Shown here: in pieces, positions 22,150-32,118 of the stretch
How positions within the stretch are numbered: the stretch's first letter is position 1
Layout of the letters: every line of letters begins with the position of its first letter
DNA from: Paramoeba atlantica
Lineage: Eukaryota; Protista; Discosea
DNA length: 64,000 nt
Direction of reading: 5' to 3'
Assembly: GCA_977017575.1 (NCBI GenBank)
Contig: CDRNVI010000072.1
Coordinates: forward strand, 21,933-85,932
Notes under the pieces: generated by a model
Told to the model about the DNA's origin: nothing
Databases searched by the model: none
Seen by the model: the letters and a program-made list of their open reading frames with translations, nothing else
Made by a program: the position numbers and the translations under genes

Positions 22150-22580
22150 TATACTAGCTTTCTGCGCAGTTGTTTTCGCAGGCTATCTCTTCTTCGAGCC
22201 GTGGTATGCCCGCGAAAATGGCCCATTTTTGATTAAAAAAGGTGAAAAGGTATTTTTCGGACCCCAAGGGGCCTTTTTGTGTTGAAAGAATGGTGTGGTT
22301 GGAGTCGCATTCTCTACCCATTACGTTTGGTGGGCTTTCATTCATACCTGCAAGTGATTTCCCATACGCAAATGTCGGATTTAGTGCTCTGAGAGCAAAA
22401 CTAGCTAAAATTGGCCCCATTTTTATCCGACAATCGGCTATTTTTGGCTATAATGTTTCCGTTTTCTTGAGCTTTCCAGGCCAAATTTTCTTTTTTAGGC
22501 TCTTCGTTAAACGCGGTGATAGTTTTCAACGCGAAGAGCGCAGCACGAGTGACTTCTAAGTTGAAAACAACCACCGCGTT
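22150..22580. repeat. Dispersed repeat with palindrome copy P3 (22496-22580)
   Basis: Inverted homologue of 2995-3330. Confidence 0.75.
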
Positions 22581-22623
22581 TAATTAATTTTTATAAATGG
22601 GTCATTTAGGGGCATTTATAAAA

Positions 22624-22827
22624 ACCCAGATTGAAGGAGGCGAGGGAGATACGAAGCAACAGGCGTGGCAGATTCCCACTGAAAAGAAATGGTATATCCC
22701 TGCACGAAGTTTGCCTCCGAGCTAGCAAGCGCAAAGGCTTTTCTCGTGCGGGGAGATACCATTTCTTTTCAGTGGGAATCTGCCACGCCTGTTGCTTCGT
22801 ATCTCCCTCGCCCCTTTCAATCTGGGT
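22624..22827. mobile_element. Foldback MITE, family GAGGGAGATAC, copy C (204 bp)
   Basis: Same length and arms as 897-1100. About 35 bp of flank is also shared (tatct..agctgg..cccttccacaacatggc). Confidence 0.85.
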
Positions 22828-22869
22828 TATCTACAAGCTGGTCGCCCTTCCACAACATGGCCAGCTGGC

Positions 22870-23645
22870 TTGTGTGCAGATGGCCACTGCAGCTACATTG
22901 CATTACTGCAGTCACTTCCTCACGTGGCAGTGCACTTACTCTCGCACGTGCCACTGCAGCTACACTACAGTCACTGACTCTCTCGCGCGCCACTGCATCT
23001 ACACTGTGTTCACTGTCTCACGTGGAAGTAGGCTTACTCGCGCACGTGCCACTGCATCTACACTGCGTTCACTGCCTCACGTGGCAGTACTCTGTCACTT
23101 ACCACTGTACTTACAGTGGTAGTGCACGTACTCTTGCACGTGCCACTGCAGCTGCAATGCATCACTGCAGTCACTTCACGCGGCAGTGCAGCTGCATTGC
23201 ATCAATACAGTCACTGCCTCACGTCGCAGTACACTTACTCTCTCACGTGCCACTGAAGCTACACTGCAGTCACCGACTCTCGCACGTGCCACTGCATCTA
23301 CACTGCGTTCGCTTCCTCACGTGGCAGTAGACGTACTCGCGCACGTGCCACTGCAGCTACACTGCGTTCTCTGCCTCACGTGGCAGTACACTTACTCTCT
23401 CACGCGCCACTGCAGATCCACTGCATCAATACAGTCACTGCCTCACGTGGCAGTACACTTACTCTCTCAAGTGCCACTGCAGCTACACTGCATTACTGCA
23501 GGCACTTCCTCACGTGGCAGTGCACTTACTCTCGCACGTGCCACTGCAGCTACACTGCAGTCACTGCCTCTCTCACGCGCCACTGCGTCTACACTGTGTT
23601 CACTGCCTCACGTGGCAGTACACTTACTCTCTCAAGGGCACTGTA
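22870..23645. repeat. Complex minisatellite of ~60-80-bp units
   Basis: Recurring modules cacgtgccactgcagctacactgc and cctcacgtggcagtacacttactctc. Confidence 0.85.
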
Positions 23646-24168
23646 TCTGCACACTACCACTCGGACCTGCTCATTATTTTTCTCTCTATATATATACAAA
23701 ATGCAAACCGTGTTTTTGGTGGCCAGCTGGCCACTTTTTCGAGAAAAAAAATTCTGAAAAAAAAAATTGTTCTGAATATGTTTTTTGCGATCTTGAGCAA
23801 ATAATTTTTCTTGCGATTTTTTTAGTAAAATGTCGATGTCGGGAATCGAACCGCGGACGTCCAGCGTCAAAATGGAACCCCTTTACCAACTGGACTACTC
23901 AAAGGACGCTCCTTAGTCAACCAGTTTGTCGTATCGCAGGCCTTTGCACACGCACCTTTTTTTGCCAAAGGTGTTCTAAAATTTGGGAAATAAGGTTGTT
24001 TTAGATGATTTTTAGAGTATTGAAGAGTTCATCTAATGACCTACTGCTCTGTTTCGGAATTTTGAAAAAACTCGATCTTATGCTTCTTTGATGATCTTTT
24101 TCAATTTTTGGAATTAACCTTAGTAAGCGAGTTAGATACTCCATATCTCCCTCAATATATTATTTATA

Positions 24169-24233
24169 CTGTGCCCCCCCCACTTATAGTGCCGCGGTTT
24201 TCGACCAAACGGCACTATAAGTGGGGGGGCTAG
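24169..24233. mobile_element. 65-bp mini-MITE/hairpin
   Basis: ta|ctgtgcccccccacttatagtgcc..ggcactataagtgggggggctag|ta. Its ends resemble the TIR of 28809-31581. Confidence 0.7.
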
Positions 24234-25238
24234 TATGTTTCAGGTCGAGGGTGAAAATTTTCCTCCCCCCAAAAAAAAGCGCAGCGCTTCGCGGCGCAAT
24301 TCTTTCTATCATGTGGTTTTGAGTGCCTAAGCGCTGTAAATGTTTGTGAAATATTAATTCGTGAACAAATTTCGAAATGGCGAGCTGTATTCCGCATGTT
24401 TCCATAACGAAAAAGATGTTTTCACCTTTTTTGCATTAACACGACTTTTGTTGACACAACTTTTGTTGCCTCGACTTTTGTTGCGAAAACTTTTTTCCCC
24501 CCAGTAGGGGAGAAGAAAGATCAACGCACTCATGAGCCAAAAAAGGTCTTTGCCCACCAAAAAAGCGTACCCCAGTAACAAGGATTCTAGTAGTCCATCC
24601 TAGTAGTCCAACAAGGATTCTAGAGTCCAAAATGAGGGAGTTGCTATGCTCTGTCCATGGTATCATGTTCAGGGGAACAGCAACTCCCCATTATCCCGGC
24701 GTAGTAAACACGCCTTGGCTTGCCTGGCACTACGATTGCCGAAAAAAAAAATCGGTTCATTTCGCAGCCCAGTCGCTTCCCACTTAAGGGGCCCGTTCCC
24801 ACAACCGAGTGATCTCCCCGGCAGCACGGTTTTACCCATGCGTTGAGAAGGCTGGGGTGTGAGACCAGGGTGCATTAGTAGAAAATTTTCGGAGGAAGAA
24901 ATACGAAGGAGATTTTACTGTATAAGGGAGTTTGAGTGCAATAGGAAAAAAAGGGGGTTGGCTTAAATGTTTTGGTACCGACTCATACCAATTACTCTAA
25001 ATTCGTTCATGATAAGATTTAAACCAGGTGACGGTTAAGTGTTTATTAGGAACCATAAGTCTGGACATTTGGAACAGGGCCCGCGGTCGGAGTTTGGCTA
25101 CTCCCCATTCCTGCTCAAGGGGTAGGAACAGGTTTCCTCGACAACACGTCGCCGTCCGGAGTCTTTCCGTCTGGAGACGCGTTGTTAAGTCCAAACCTTG
25201 TTGACGCAACCAGTGTGTATAAAACTGTTCTGTATATT

Positions 25239-25460
25239 ATGCTCTTCGTTAAACTCGGTGGTTGTCTTCAACTTAAAAGTCACTCATGCTGCGCGCTTCG
25301 CGTTGAAAACTACCACCGCGTTTAACGAAGACCCTAAAAAAGAAAAATCTCCAAAAGATCATGAATAATCTACTTTTTTTGGGGGAAAAAGCTTGACTTT
25401 TCGGCAAAAATTGCGAAATTTTACACCAAATTTGGTCCGTTTTGGATGCCTTACCAGTAG
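25239..25460. repeat. Palindrome copy P4 (25239-25336) plus tail
   Basis: The tail matches the reverse complement of ~6655-6778 (ttttcggcaaaaattgcgaaatttta..ttaccagtag). Confidence 0.75.
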
Positions 25461-25848
25461 GGGCAGGAGGCAAATCTGACGAAAAAAACGTCGTAGAATA
25501 GTAGGTGAGGTCCTAAACTCTCCAAATACGGTTTAGAAGTCGATTTCGGAAAAATAAATATTTACTTTTTTCCGGGTCAAAAGAAATTTGTTTTGGTCAT
25601 CCCAAAAATTTCAGAATTTTTGACCTTTTCGGACCCCTCCAGCGCGTACCAGGGTACCCTCAGGTGGGGGGAATCGTTTTTTTAATTTATTACATTTTTA
25701 CCAGCGAAGACATGAAAATAGAGGAGCCCCGGCGCCGCGAAGCGGCGCCAATTTTTTTTTTGCACTATTTTCGTTGTTTTTCGGAATTTTTATTGTACCT
25801 GTAGCTACGTATTGTACCTGTAGCTAGTTATTGTACCGGTGGGGTACA

Positions 25849-26394
25849 TTAACCCGGACGGGGGTTTAGTTGGCCTCTTCGGGCTTCACAGATTCGACAA
25901 AGATTTTTGAGATGACCGGAGATTGTACCAATTAACCCTTGTAAAGGGCTTAAATTCTCCTTTTCTGCCTCACATCCTTTGCTCACCGTGGGAATTTCTT
26001 TTTCAGCCTCCATCTTGTCAAGAGTGTGCTTCCGTTGTTTCAAGATGGAGGCTGTTCGCAGTAAAATGTTTCCTGTGATTTGGTCATGATCATAATTTCC
26101 TTTCTCTATGAGTTCGACAACTTTTAATTTTGGTAACTCAGCCACCGTTTCTCCAATATCTTTCAACACAGCTGAAGGATAGTCTAGATCTTGAGGCCAT
26201 TTCTCTTGCATTGCAGTGAAAAAGGGAATCCTAACCTTTTTGTCTTTAATCTTCAATGTAGTGTACTTCATAATGAGTCCCAATTCATCTTTCAAAGCCT
26301 TGGATAGCACGACATTAACTGTAGCTTCTGTGGAGGCCATGAGCAAAATAAAGGACACAGTAAGAAAGGTGTCGGTAAGCTCCATGCATATCAA
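25849..26394 (-). CDS. Hypothetical protein, probably 3'-truncated by a TIR end
   Basis: 181-aa ORF with protein-like composition. Its last codons (LNPRPG*) come from the same TIR family that ends the 5982..6341 ORF (VNPVPG*). Confidence 0.4.
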   Translation of the reverse strand: MICMELTDTFLTVSFILLMASTEATVNVVLSKALKDELGLIMKYTTLKIKDKKVRIPFFTAMQEKWPQDLDYPSAVLKDIGETVAELPKLKVVELIEKGNYDHDQITGNILLRTASILKQRKHTLDKMEAEKEIPTVSKGCEAEKENLSPLQGLIGTISGHLKNLCRICEARRGQLNPRPG

Positions 26395-26491
26395 TCAAAA
26401 CTCATTTTTTTCCCCTTGAACGCTAACAGCTCAATGAAAATTACAATTGAAAAACTTATATTTGCCTATCTAATCTTTGCCTTCAAGTTTC

Positions 26492-27310
26492 ATGTCCCCA
26501 AGACTTCTTTCTGGGGTTGTGAAATCGAGTGACACTCAACCCCCTATAAGTTCATCTCGACGTGGCAAAGTTCGTGGCGCTATTCTCCCACAACACGTGA
26601 TGATGCGTCGATTTGTTTCTGAAATGGAAATTCCGCAATTTGCTGAGCGCGACGATGTCTGCACTTGGGAAGGTGTTACTTGTAACGACCATGGTGAGGT
26701 TAAGGGGATTGATTGGTCGTATAAAATTATGTTTGGAAACCTTAAGATTATGGTAGGAAATCTTACCTGGGAGTGTTTACCCTCGACCGTTTCAAGACTT
26801 AATTTATCGAGCAACCGTCTCTCTGGAGAGCTCCCCACACGAGTGTTACCTTCAGTCTTGGAATATTTGAATATACAAGAGAATGGATTCCTTGGACCTT
26901 TTGACGCAACGGAACTTCCAAACAAACTAAGAAAATTTTTCTCTGCAGACACAAACTTTTCAGGGATTCTAGACTTATCATCACTGCCTCCTGTTATAAA
27001 TGCGTTTTCCGTTGTGAACAATATGTTTGCAGGACATATCGATCTCACGTGCCTTCCGTCATCTTTGCGAAGTTTGTACCTGCAAGAAAACTCTTTTAGT
27101 GGTCCCATTGATTTGACGAAGCTTCCACACAGAATGGACATCTTGTCGCTTCACCAAAACAATCTTATAGGCAATCTTGATCTGCGATGCCTTCCGACAA
27201 CACTGAGGAGACTTGATCTCAATTCAAACTGCTTTTCTGGTGAGCTTTACGTGAACACACTACCCGATTCGGTGGCTGAAGTAAATATAACTATAACTAT
27301 AAATAAATAA
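26492..27310 (+). CDS. Leucine-rich repeat protein (LRR family member 8)
   Basis: RGKVRGAILPQHVMMRRF, DDVCTWEGVTCND, about 7 LRRs. First ATG is at 26492 (track starts at TTG 26477). Confidence 0.9.
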   Translation: MSPRLLSGVVKSSDTQPPISSSRRGKVRGAILPQHVMMRRFVSEMEIPQFAERDDVCTWEGVTCNDHGEVKGIDWSYKIMFGNLKIMVGNLTWECLPSTVSRLNLSSNRLSGELPTRVLPSVLEYLNIQENGFLGPFDATELPNKLRKFFSADTNFSGILDLSSLPPVINAFSVVNNMFAGHIDLTCLPSSLRSLYLQENSFSGPIDLTKLPHRMDILSLHQNNLIGNLDLRCLPTTLRRLDLNSNCFSGELYVNTLPDSVAEVNITITINK

Positions 27311-27459
27311 TGGCAACCTGTTGTTACCTTCACCATTGCCGAGCAATATTAAAATGGGGGTCATTTCGAATAAAATAGTTTGCAATCCAGAATGGAGCTC
27401 TAATTAGTGGTCATCTTCATGTTTTTTGTTATTGATTTTATCTACACTCAAAACAATTA

Positions 27460-28164
27460 CTCCCTCTCTCATTAATTTTTATAAATGGATTTCGTGTTAT
27501 AAAAATTTAGTTTGTGCGGGATCATTAATTTTTATAAATCAGAAATTAATCGAACGCTATTTCTTAATTTTTTTCTAAGCCAAAGAATTTTTTCTTTTAT
27601 TCTACTTAAGATGGATTATTTTGTGAACGTGGATGGACGCCCTTCGAAGAAATTTCTTACAGAAAAGCGCAAATGGTTGATTTATATGCTGCAGGCAGAT
27701 GGTGAGAAAAAACAAACTTTATTTAGCAATTTATGGGAATACTATCTCCGTTTAACACGTGCTTGACTCACAGCTTCAGATAGGTATTGATATTCGTTTA
27801 TAGTACATTACCTCTATGTGATTTCTTTTGCTTATTTGACTCTCAGCTTCAGATATTGATTCATGAAAAATGCTCATGTAGGGGAAAAGACAATCTTTTT
27901 GGGGGGGATTTTCTTCCTGAGATGAAGATACTGATTTTTGTAAAACGCGATTCACTGAAAAAAATCAGCATGGGGAAGCATGGTCGGGACCTACTCGCGG
28001 TCTTCCCTGGCACTACCATCTTACAGATCGTACTAACGCCGACCTGTTTTTGGAATAGCGGTCATTTATACGGGATTATTAATTTTTATAATTACATATA
28101 ACAAAGTAGTATAACTCACTTTTTGTTATAATTTATAATTTATAAAAATTAATGAGAGGGAGAG
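27460..28164. mobile_element. Stowaway-like MITE (705 bp)
   Basis: TIR ctccctctctcattaatttttataa / ttataaaaattaatgagagggagag with TA flanks. Related to the TIR at 6505. Confidence 0.85.
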
Positions 28165-29041
28165 TATTTGTGTAAGAAAAAACGGGAAATTTTAGTGAAT
28201 TTTTTATTGTGCAACATTTTTAGAAATGGAAATTTTACTTTTGTTTTTTTGATCCAAATTCTAAACAAGAATTTTTTAGCCAACTTTGAGTAACAATGAG
28301 GGTGAAATAGAGGCCCTTGTCATTGGACACTATGCAGTTGTCCACTGCCATCCAGTGCCATGCGCTGCCATCCAGTGCCATCCAGTGCCATCCAAAACAG
28401 AGATATGAGCGAGGACCGAAGACCTTTTTTTTGATTTGGAGGACCCAAGAACTTTCCATTTCCGCCGGATGTTGTAGGACAAGTGATGGCCATGATATGA
28501 AAAAGCGTCTAATGTCGGATTCAATTGTACTCATTTTTCAAAAACACGTCTTTTTCTTTGCTTTTGCAAAATAGAATATTTTCTCGGTCTCTTCTTGTGC
28601 GTCCTCTGTCATGTACATGTGCGGACCTGAGTTGAATTTTAAAGTGAAAGCATGATGGGACACACCAAAAATTTTTGAAGATTTTTTGCTTTGTGACCGA
28701 AAAGAATGTCCTTACGATCACGAGGGTTGGAAAGTTCGTGACTCTGTTTCTAGTATTTGTTGGAGGCGATGTAAGCACGTAAGTTTTAGAAAAAGATTGT
28801 CTCGACTACTGTGCCCCCCTAGTTATCTGTAACACGTCACCCCCCTAGTTATCTATCACTTTTTGGAACTTCGATTTTTTTTTTCGTCGACCTCATAAAA
28901 TGAAACTTACATTTTTTCTTTTTGTGTTTCAAGCCAATGGTCGTGCGTGGTGCTATTATAAACCGTTTCTGTAATTCCATGTTCTGACTTTTTTTGTGAC
29001 AGACACCCTCCCTAGGTATCTGTCGCACACTGATCCGCCTA

Positions 29042-31497
29042 CCGTTACCCCCCCCTTACTTAGCCCCCACTTTTTGGCCCAAAACCCATACTTTGTGGTG
29101 AAGTAAGGGGGGGTGGGGGGGGGGAAGTAAGGGGGGTGGTGAAGTAAGGGGGTGGTGAAGTAAGGGGGGTGGTGAAGTAAGGGGGGATTATTAAGTTGTC
29201 AAGTTCCTCCAGTAAAATCCTTATCGCCCGTCATGCTCACTTCAGGGTTGAACGAAACTTTCTGTTTCACGCTTGCCATAGTTCGGAAAGATCATTGACT
29301 TTATAAAATGAATTAAAAGATCATTGACTTCTACAGAAAGTAACTAACATCATGAAAATACGCTACGCCCAAATTTAGTTTCTAATGTGCCGGCTTAAAT
29401 ATATAAAATAATGACAGAAAATATGATACCTATAGAGGCTTTGCAAGGCACTAAGTAGAACCACAGAAAAACTTAGATACGACGAATATTAAAAACGGTG
29501 CTGTGGACGTAAAACGCTGGGGAAGGTGAGGTGCGCTAAGCCCCAACACTGCCGAAAATATATGCAGTGGCCCTGACCTGCGGCCATCGTTAGTGCTTTG
29601 CGCAGAAATTGTCACTCTCTTCCCCCTTTTCTTCAATTGCACACATGTGATGAAATTTCGTTAAACACCCAGGTTCACTACACTCGCGTAGAGTTAAATT
29701 CACTCGCGTGCAACAATAACACTCCTGTACTGGGGTTGCGTTAAGCGCTGAGTTCCTGTTACGCGCTGACTCTATCGCGGACTTCATGGCTTTCGCTGCG
29801 ATTGTGGGACTAATTCGATTTTTTATAGGAACGCGCGTTGGCAGACGAGGGACCTGATTTGGTTCAAGAGATTCCTCGACAATGCTCAGTTGTGATACGC
29901 GTGAAGCGATGGCTGATGCATCCACCATCGATTCCGTGATAACGCTTGAGGAGAGTCTGAGCTCGGCTCTGGATTCTATGGGAATCTGTGCGAGATTTTT
30001 GGTAAGTGCTGGAACAAGCAACTTATTAAATTCGATTTCGTATTCTTCTGAATTCACTTTTGCCAGAGCCTGGGTGGCAAATTTTGTTATAAGACTTCGC
30101 GTCGGCCGGACAATTTCATGATGCGTCGACGCACGCCATGAGGCAAAACACTCCTTGTAGTACTTTTTAAAAGGCTGGTTGATGGCCATATCCATGAGCT
30201 GTCCTTTGGAAGTGCAACCTCCTGGAACGAATTGAACATCGATTTTTCTCTCACGAAAGAACAATAATAATTCCGCTGTCCGATGAGCAGCGTACAGATC
30301 CAAAATAATAAGTGTCTTCCGCGGACGATACTTCATTCTGTCAAAGAATTCCGCTTCAGCCCATTTTTTAAATGACTCTGCTGTGTTCCACCCGCTTGTC
30401 GTTGTTGCCGTACAATTGTACTTTTCTGCCGCCCGTAGCACCTCTTTGGAAACCTTCCCAGAATCTGAATGGGCTTCCCAAATTAAGTGCGGAGGAAACA
30501 CCTTATGCTCCCACGTGCTTTCTGCATGTTGGTTCGTAACAGAGCGGCCCCAAAACCACGCAGTCAGTGTCTTCTTCTCCTTCCCTGTAGTTAAAACCTT
30601 TACACGCTTTGTCCCTTTAGTGTCGTATGTGATTTCATTGACGGGCTCCCACACAACACAGGTCTCAGACCACAATTTCGCAGAGCTATCATATTCAAAA
30701 AGGCTTCTATACGCTCGTCCATGTCTTTTGGGACCATTTGGGTTGCTCCATTGACTCTTCGTCGCGAAATATTGGCGAAGGTGCAAAAACGAATCCAAAA
30801 TTTTTCTTTTCCTTTGTCGGTAAGGGAACAGAAGTGCTCTGAAATTACAGCAAAGTACCCCAACATTGTCGGTTTCGTGACTGCCGAAAGAGACTCGCGT
30901 AGCAAAAGCAGTTGCGTCAACCCTTTTTCATATAATTCTTTATTTGCTCGGGGGGGATGATACTGAAACAATTTCCCGAAGCCAAGTTGAGTAAATTTAT
31001 GCCAATCTTCTTTTTTCCGATAAACTCTATGAACCGTGCTTACCTCGACCTTGTAATCTCGGGCGGCCACGCTTACAGACTTGCCGGCATCTATACTAGC
31101 ACATAGGTTGTTTTTTTGCTGTATGGTAAGATCCACCCGAACCTTCCGCGGCTGCTCAGCAAGCTGGTTAGATGCATTCAATATTAATGTGGTGGATGGC
31201 GTAGCTGAAGTATCATCGGGGAAGGGCAGTACGGCAACAGTTTCGTGTGGCAACGGTGAGGATAGAGTCACTTGGCTCGCGTTAAAGAATAGAAGTGGTG
31301 GGGCCATCGTGTATTGAATAAATATTGAAATCAATGAAAATTTACAGTTTCTGACCTGGGTTAACTATCATCACAGAGTAGGAATCGGGGGAAAATTCTG
31401 GCACCCCCCTTACTTCACCACATACGGAGTGGCTAAATGTGGTGAAGTAAGGGGGGAGGTGAAGTAAGGGGGGAGGTGAAGTAAAGGGGGGTAACGG
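29042..31497 (-). mobile_element. pogo-like (Tc1/mariner superfamily) DNA transposon, 2456 bp
   Basis: TIR CCGTTACCCCCCCTTACTT / AAGTAAAGGGGGGTAACGG with a TA duplication (29040-41, 31498-99). GTGAAGTAAGGGGGG subterminal repeats at both ends. Confidence 0.88.
29590..31334 (-). pseudogene. pogo/CENP-B-like transposase split over two overlapping frames, with a C-terminal Cys/His finger
   Basis: 30600..31334 has a CENP-B-type HTH (LTIQQKNNLCASIDAGKSVSVAARDYKVEVSTVHRVYRKK). 29590..30798 has IILDLYAAH-..-PGGCTSKGQLMDMAINQPFK (35 residues between the two Asp). The first catalytic motif reads WSET rather than DET. Confidence 0.85.
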
Positions 31498-32118
31498 TAG
31501 TTATCTGTCACACCCCTACCCCCCCTAGTTATCTGTCACCTTTTCGCGAAAAGTAGTGACAGATAAGTAGGGGTGGTACAGTACTTCCTTACTTTCATTC
31601 AGATGTGCGCAAACCGTCCCACAAATTTTAGTTTTGGGTACTTGTAGTACACAAGTACATAAAAATTAGTCATCCAGTGCCATCCGCTGCCATCCAGTGC
31701 CATCCAAATCTTCATAGTGTCCATTTATACCCATGATGATCGGGATACCGAACACCATGATCCTCTGTACAAAACTTTGTGCAATAAAAATATTCGTGAC
31801 TTTTTATTACGCAACAATTTCAAATGTTGCACAACGTCAGGGCACCAAATCCGACATTTTCGTGTGCGCACATAAGATGTGCACATAATCCTACAGAACA
31901 TAACCGGTGTTGAATGCGATCCTATCCGCACTACTCTTGCGACAGCTAAGGACCCCTTTGGGTCCGCAAATTACTTTTACGCATTTTTTATTCATACAGG
32001 GTGATCAGCTAACTCTGGCGGGGGTCTAAGATTTGTGAACGTGTTTAACAATTTGCGATTTTTTTTGCTTCATTTCCTTTGCTCATTTATGCCACAAAGA
32101 CAGGTGCATTCACGTTTT

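Larger units (their letters stand above)
28809..31581. mobile_element. TA-flanked MITE (about 315 bp without its insert) hosting the pogo element
   Basis: TIR CTGTGCCCCCCTAGTTATCTGT / ACAGATAAGTAGGGGTGGTACAG. Its internal CCTAGTTATCTGTC motif is split at the TA by the insert. Confidence 0.8.

Noticed and set aside
2288-27141. Long antisense ORFs opposite LRR and Ser-rich genes (2288..2941, 10753..11358, 26536..27141)
   Set aside because: Shadow frames of the + strand coding sequences with no independent motifs.
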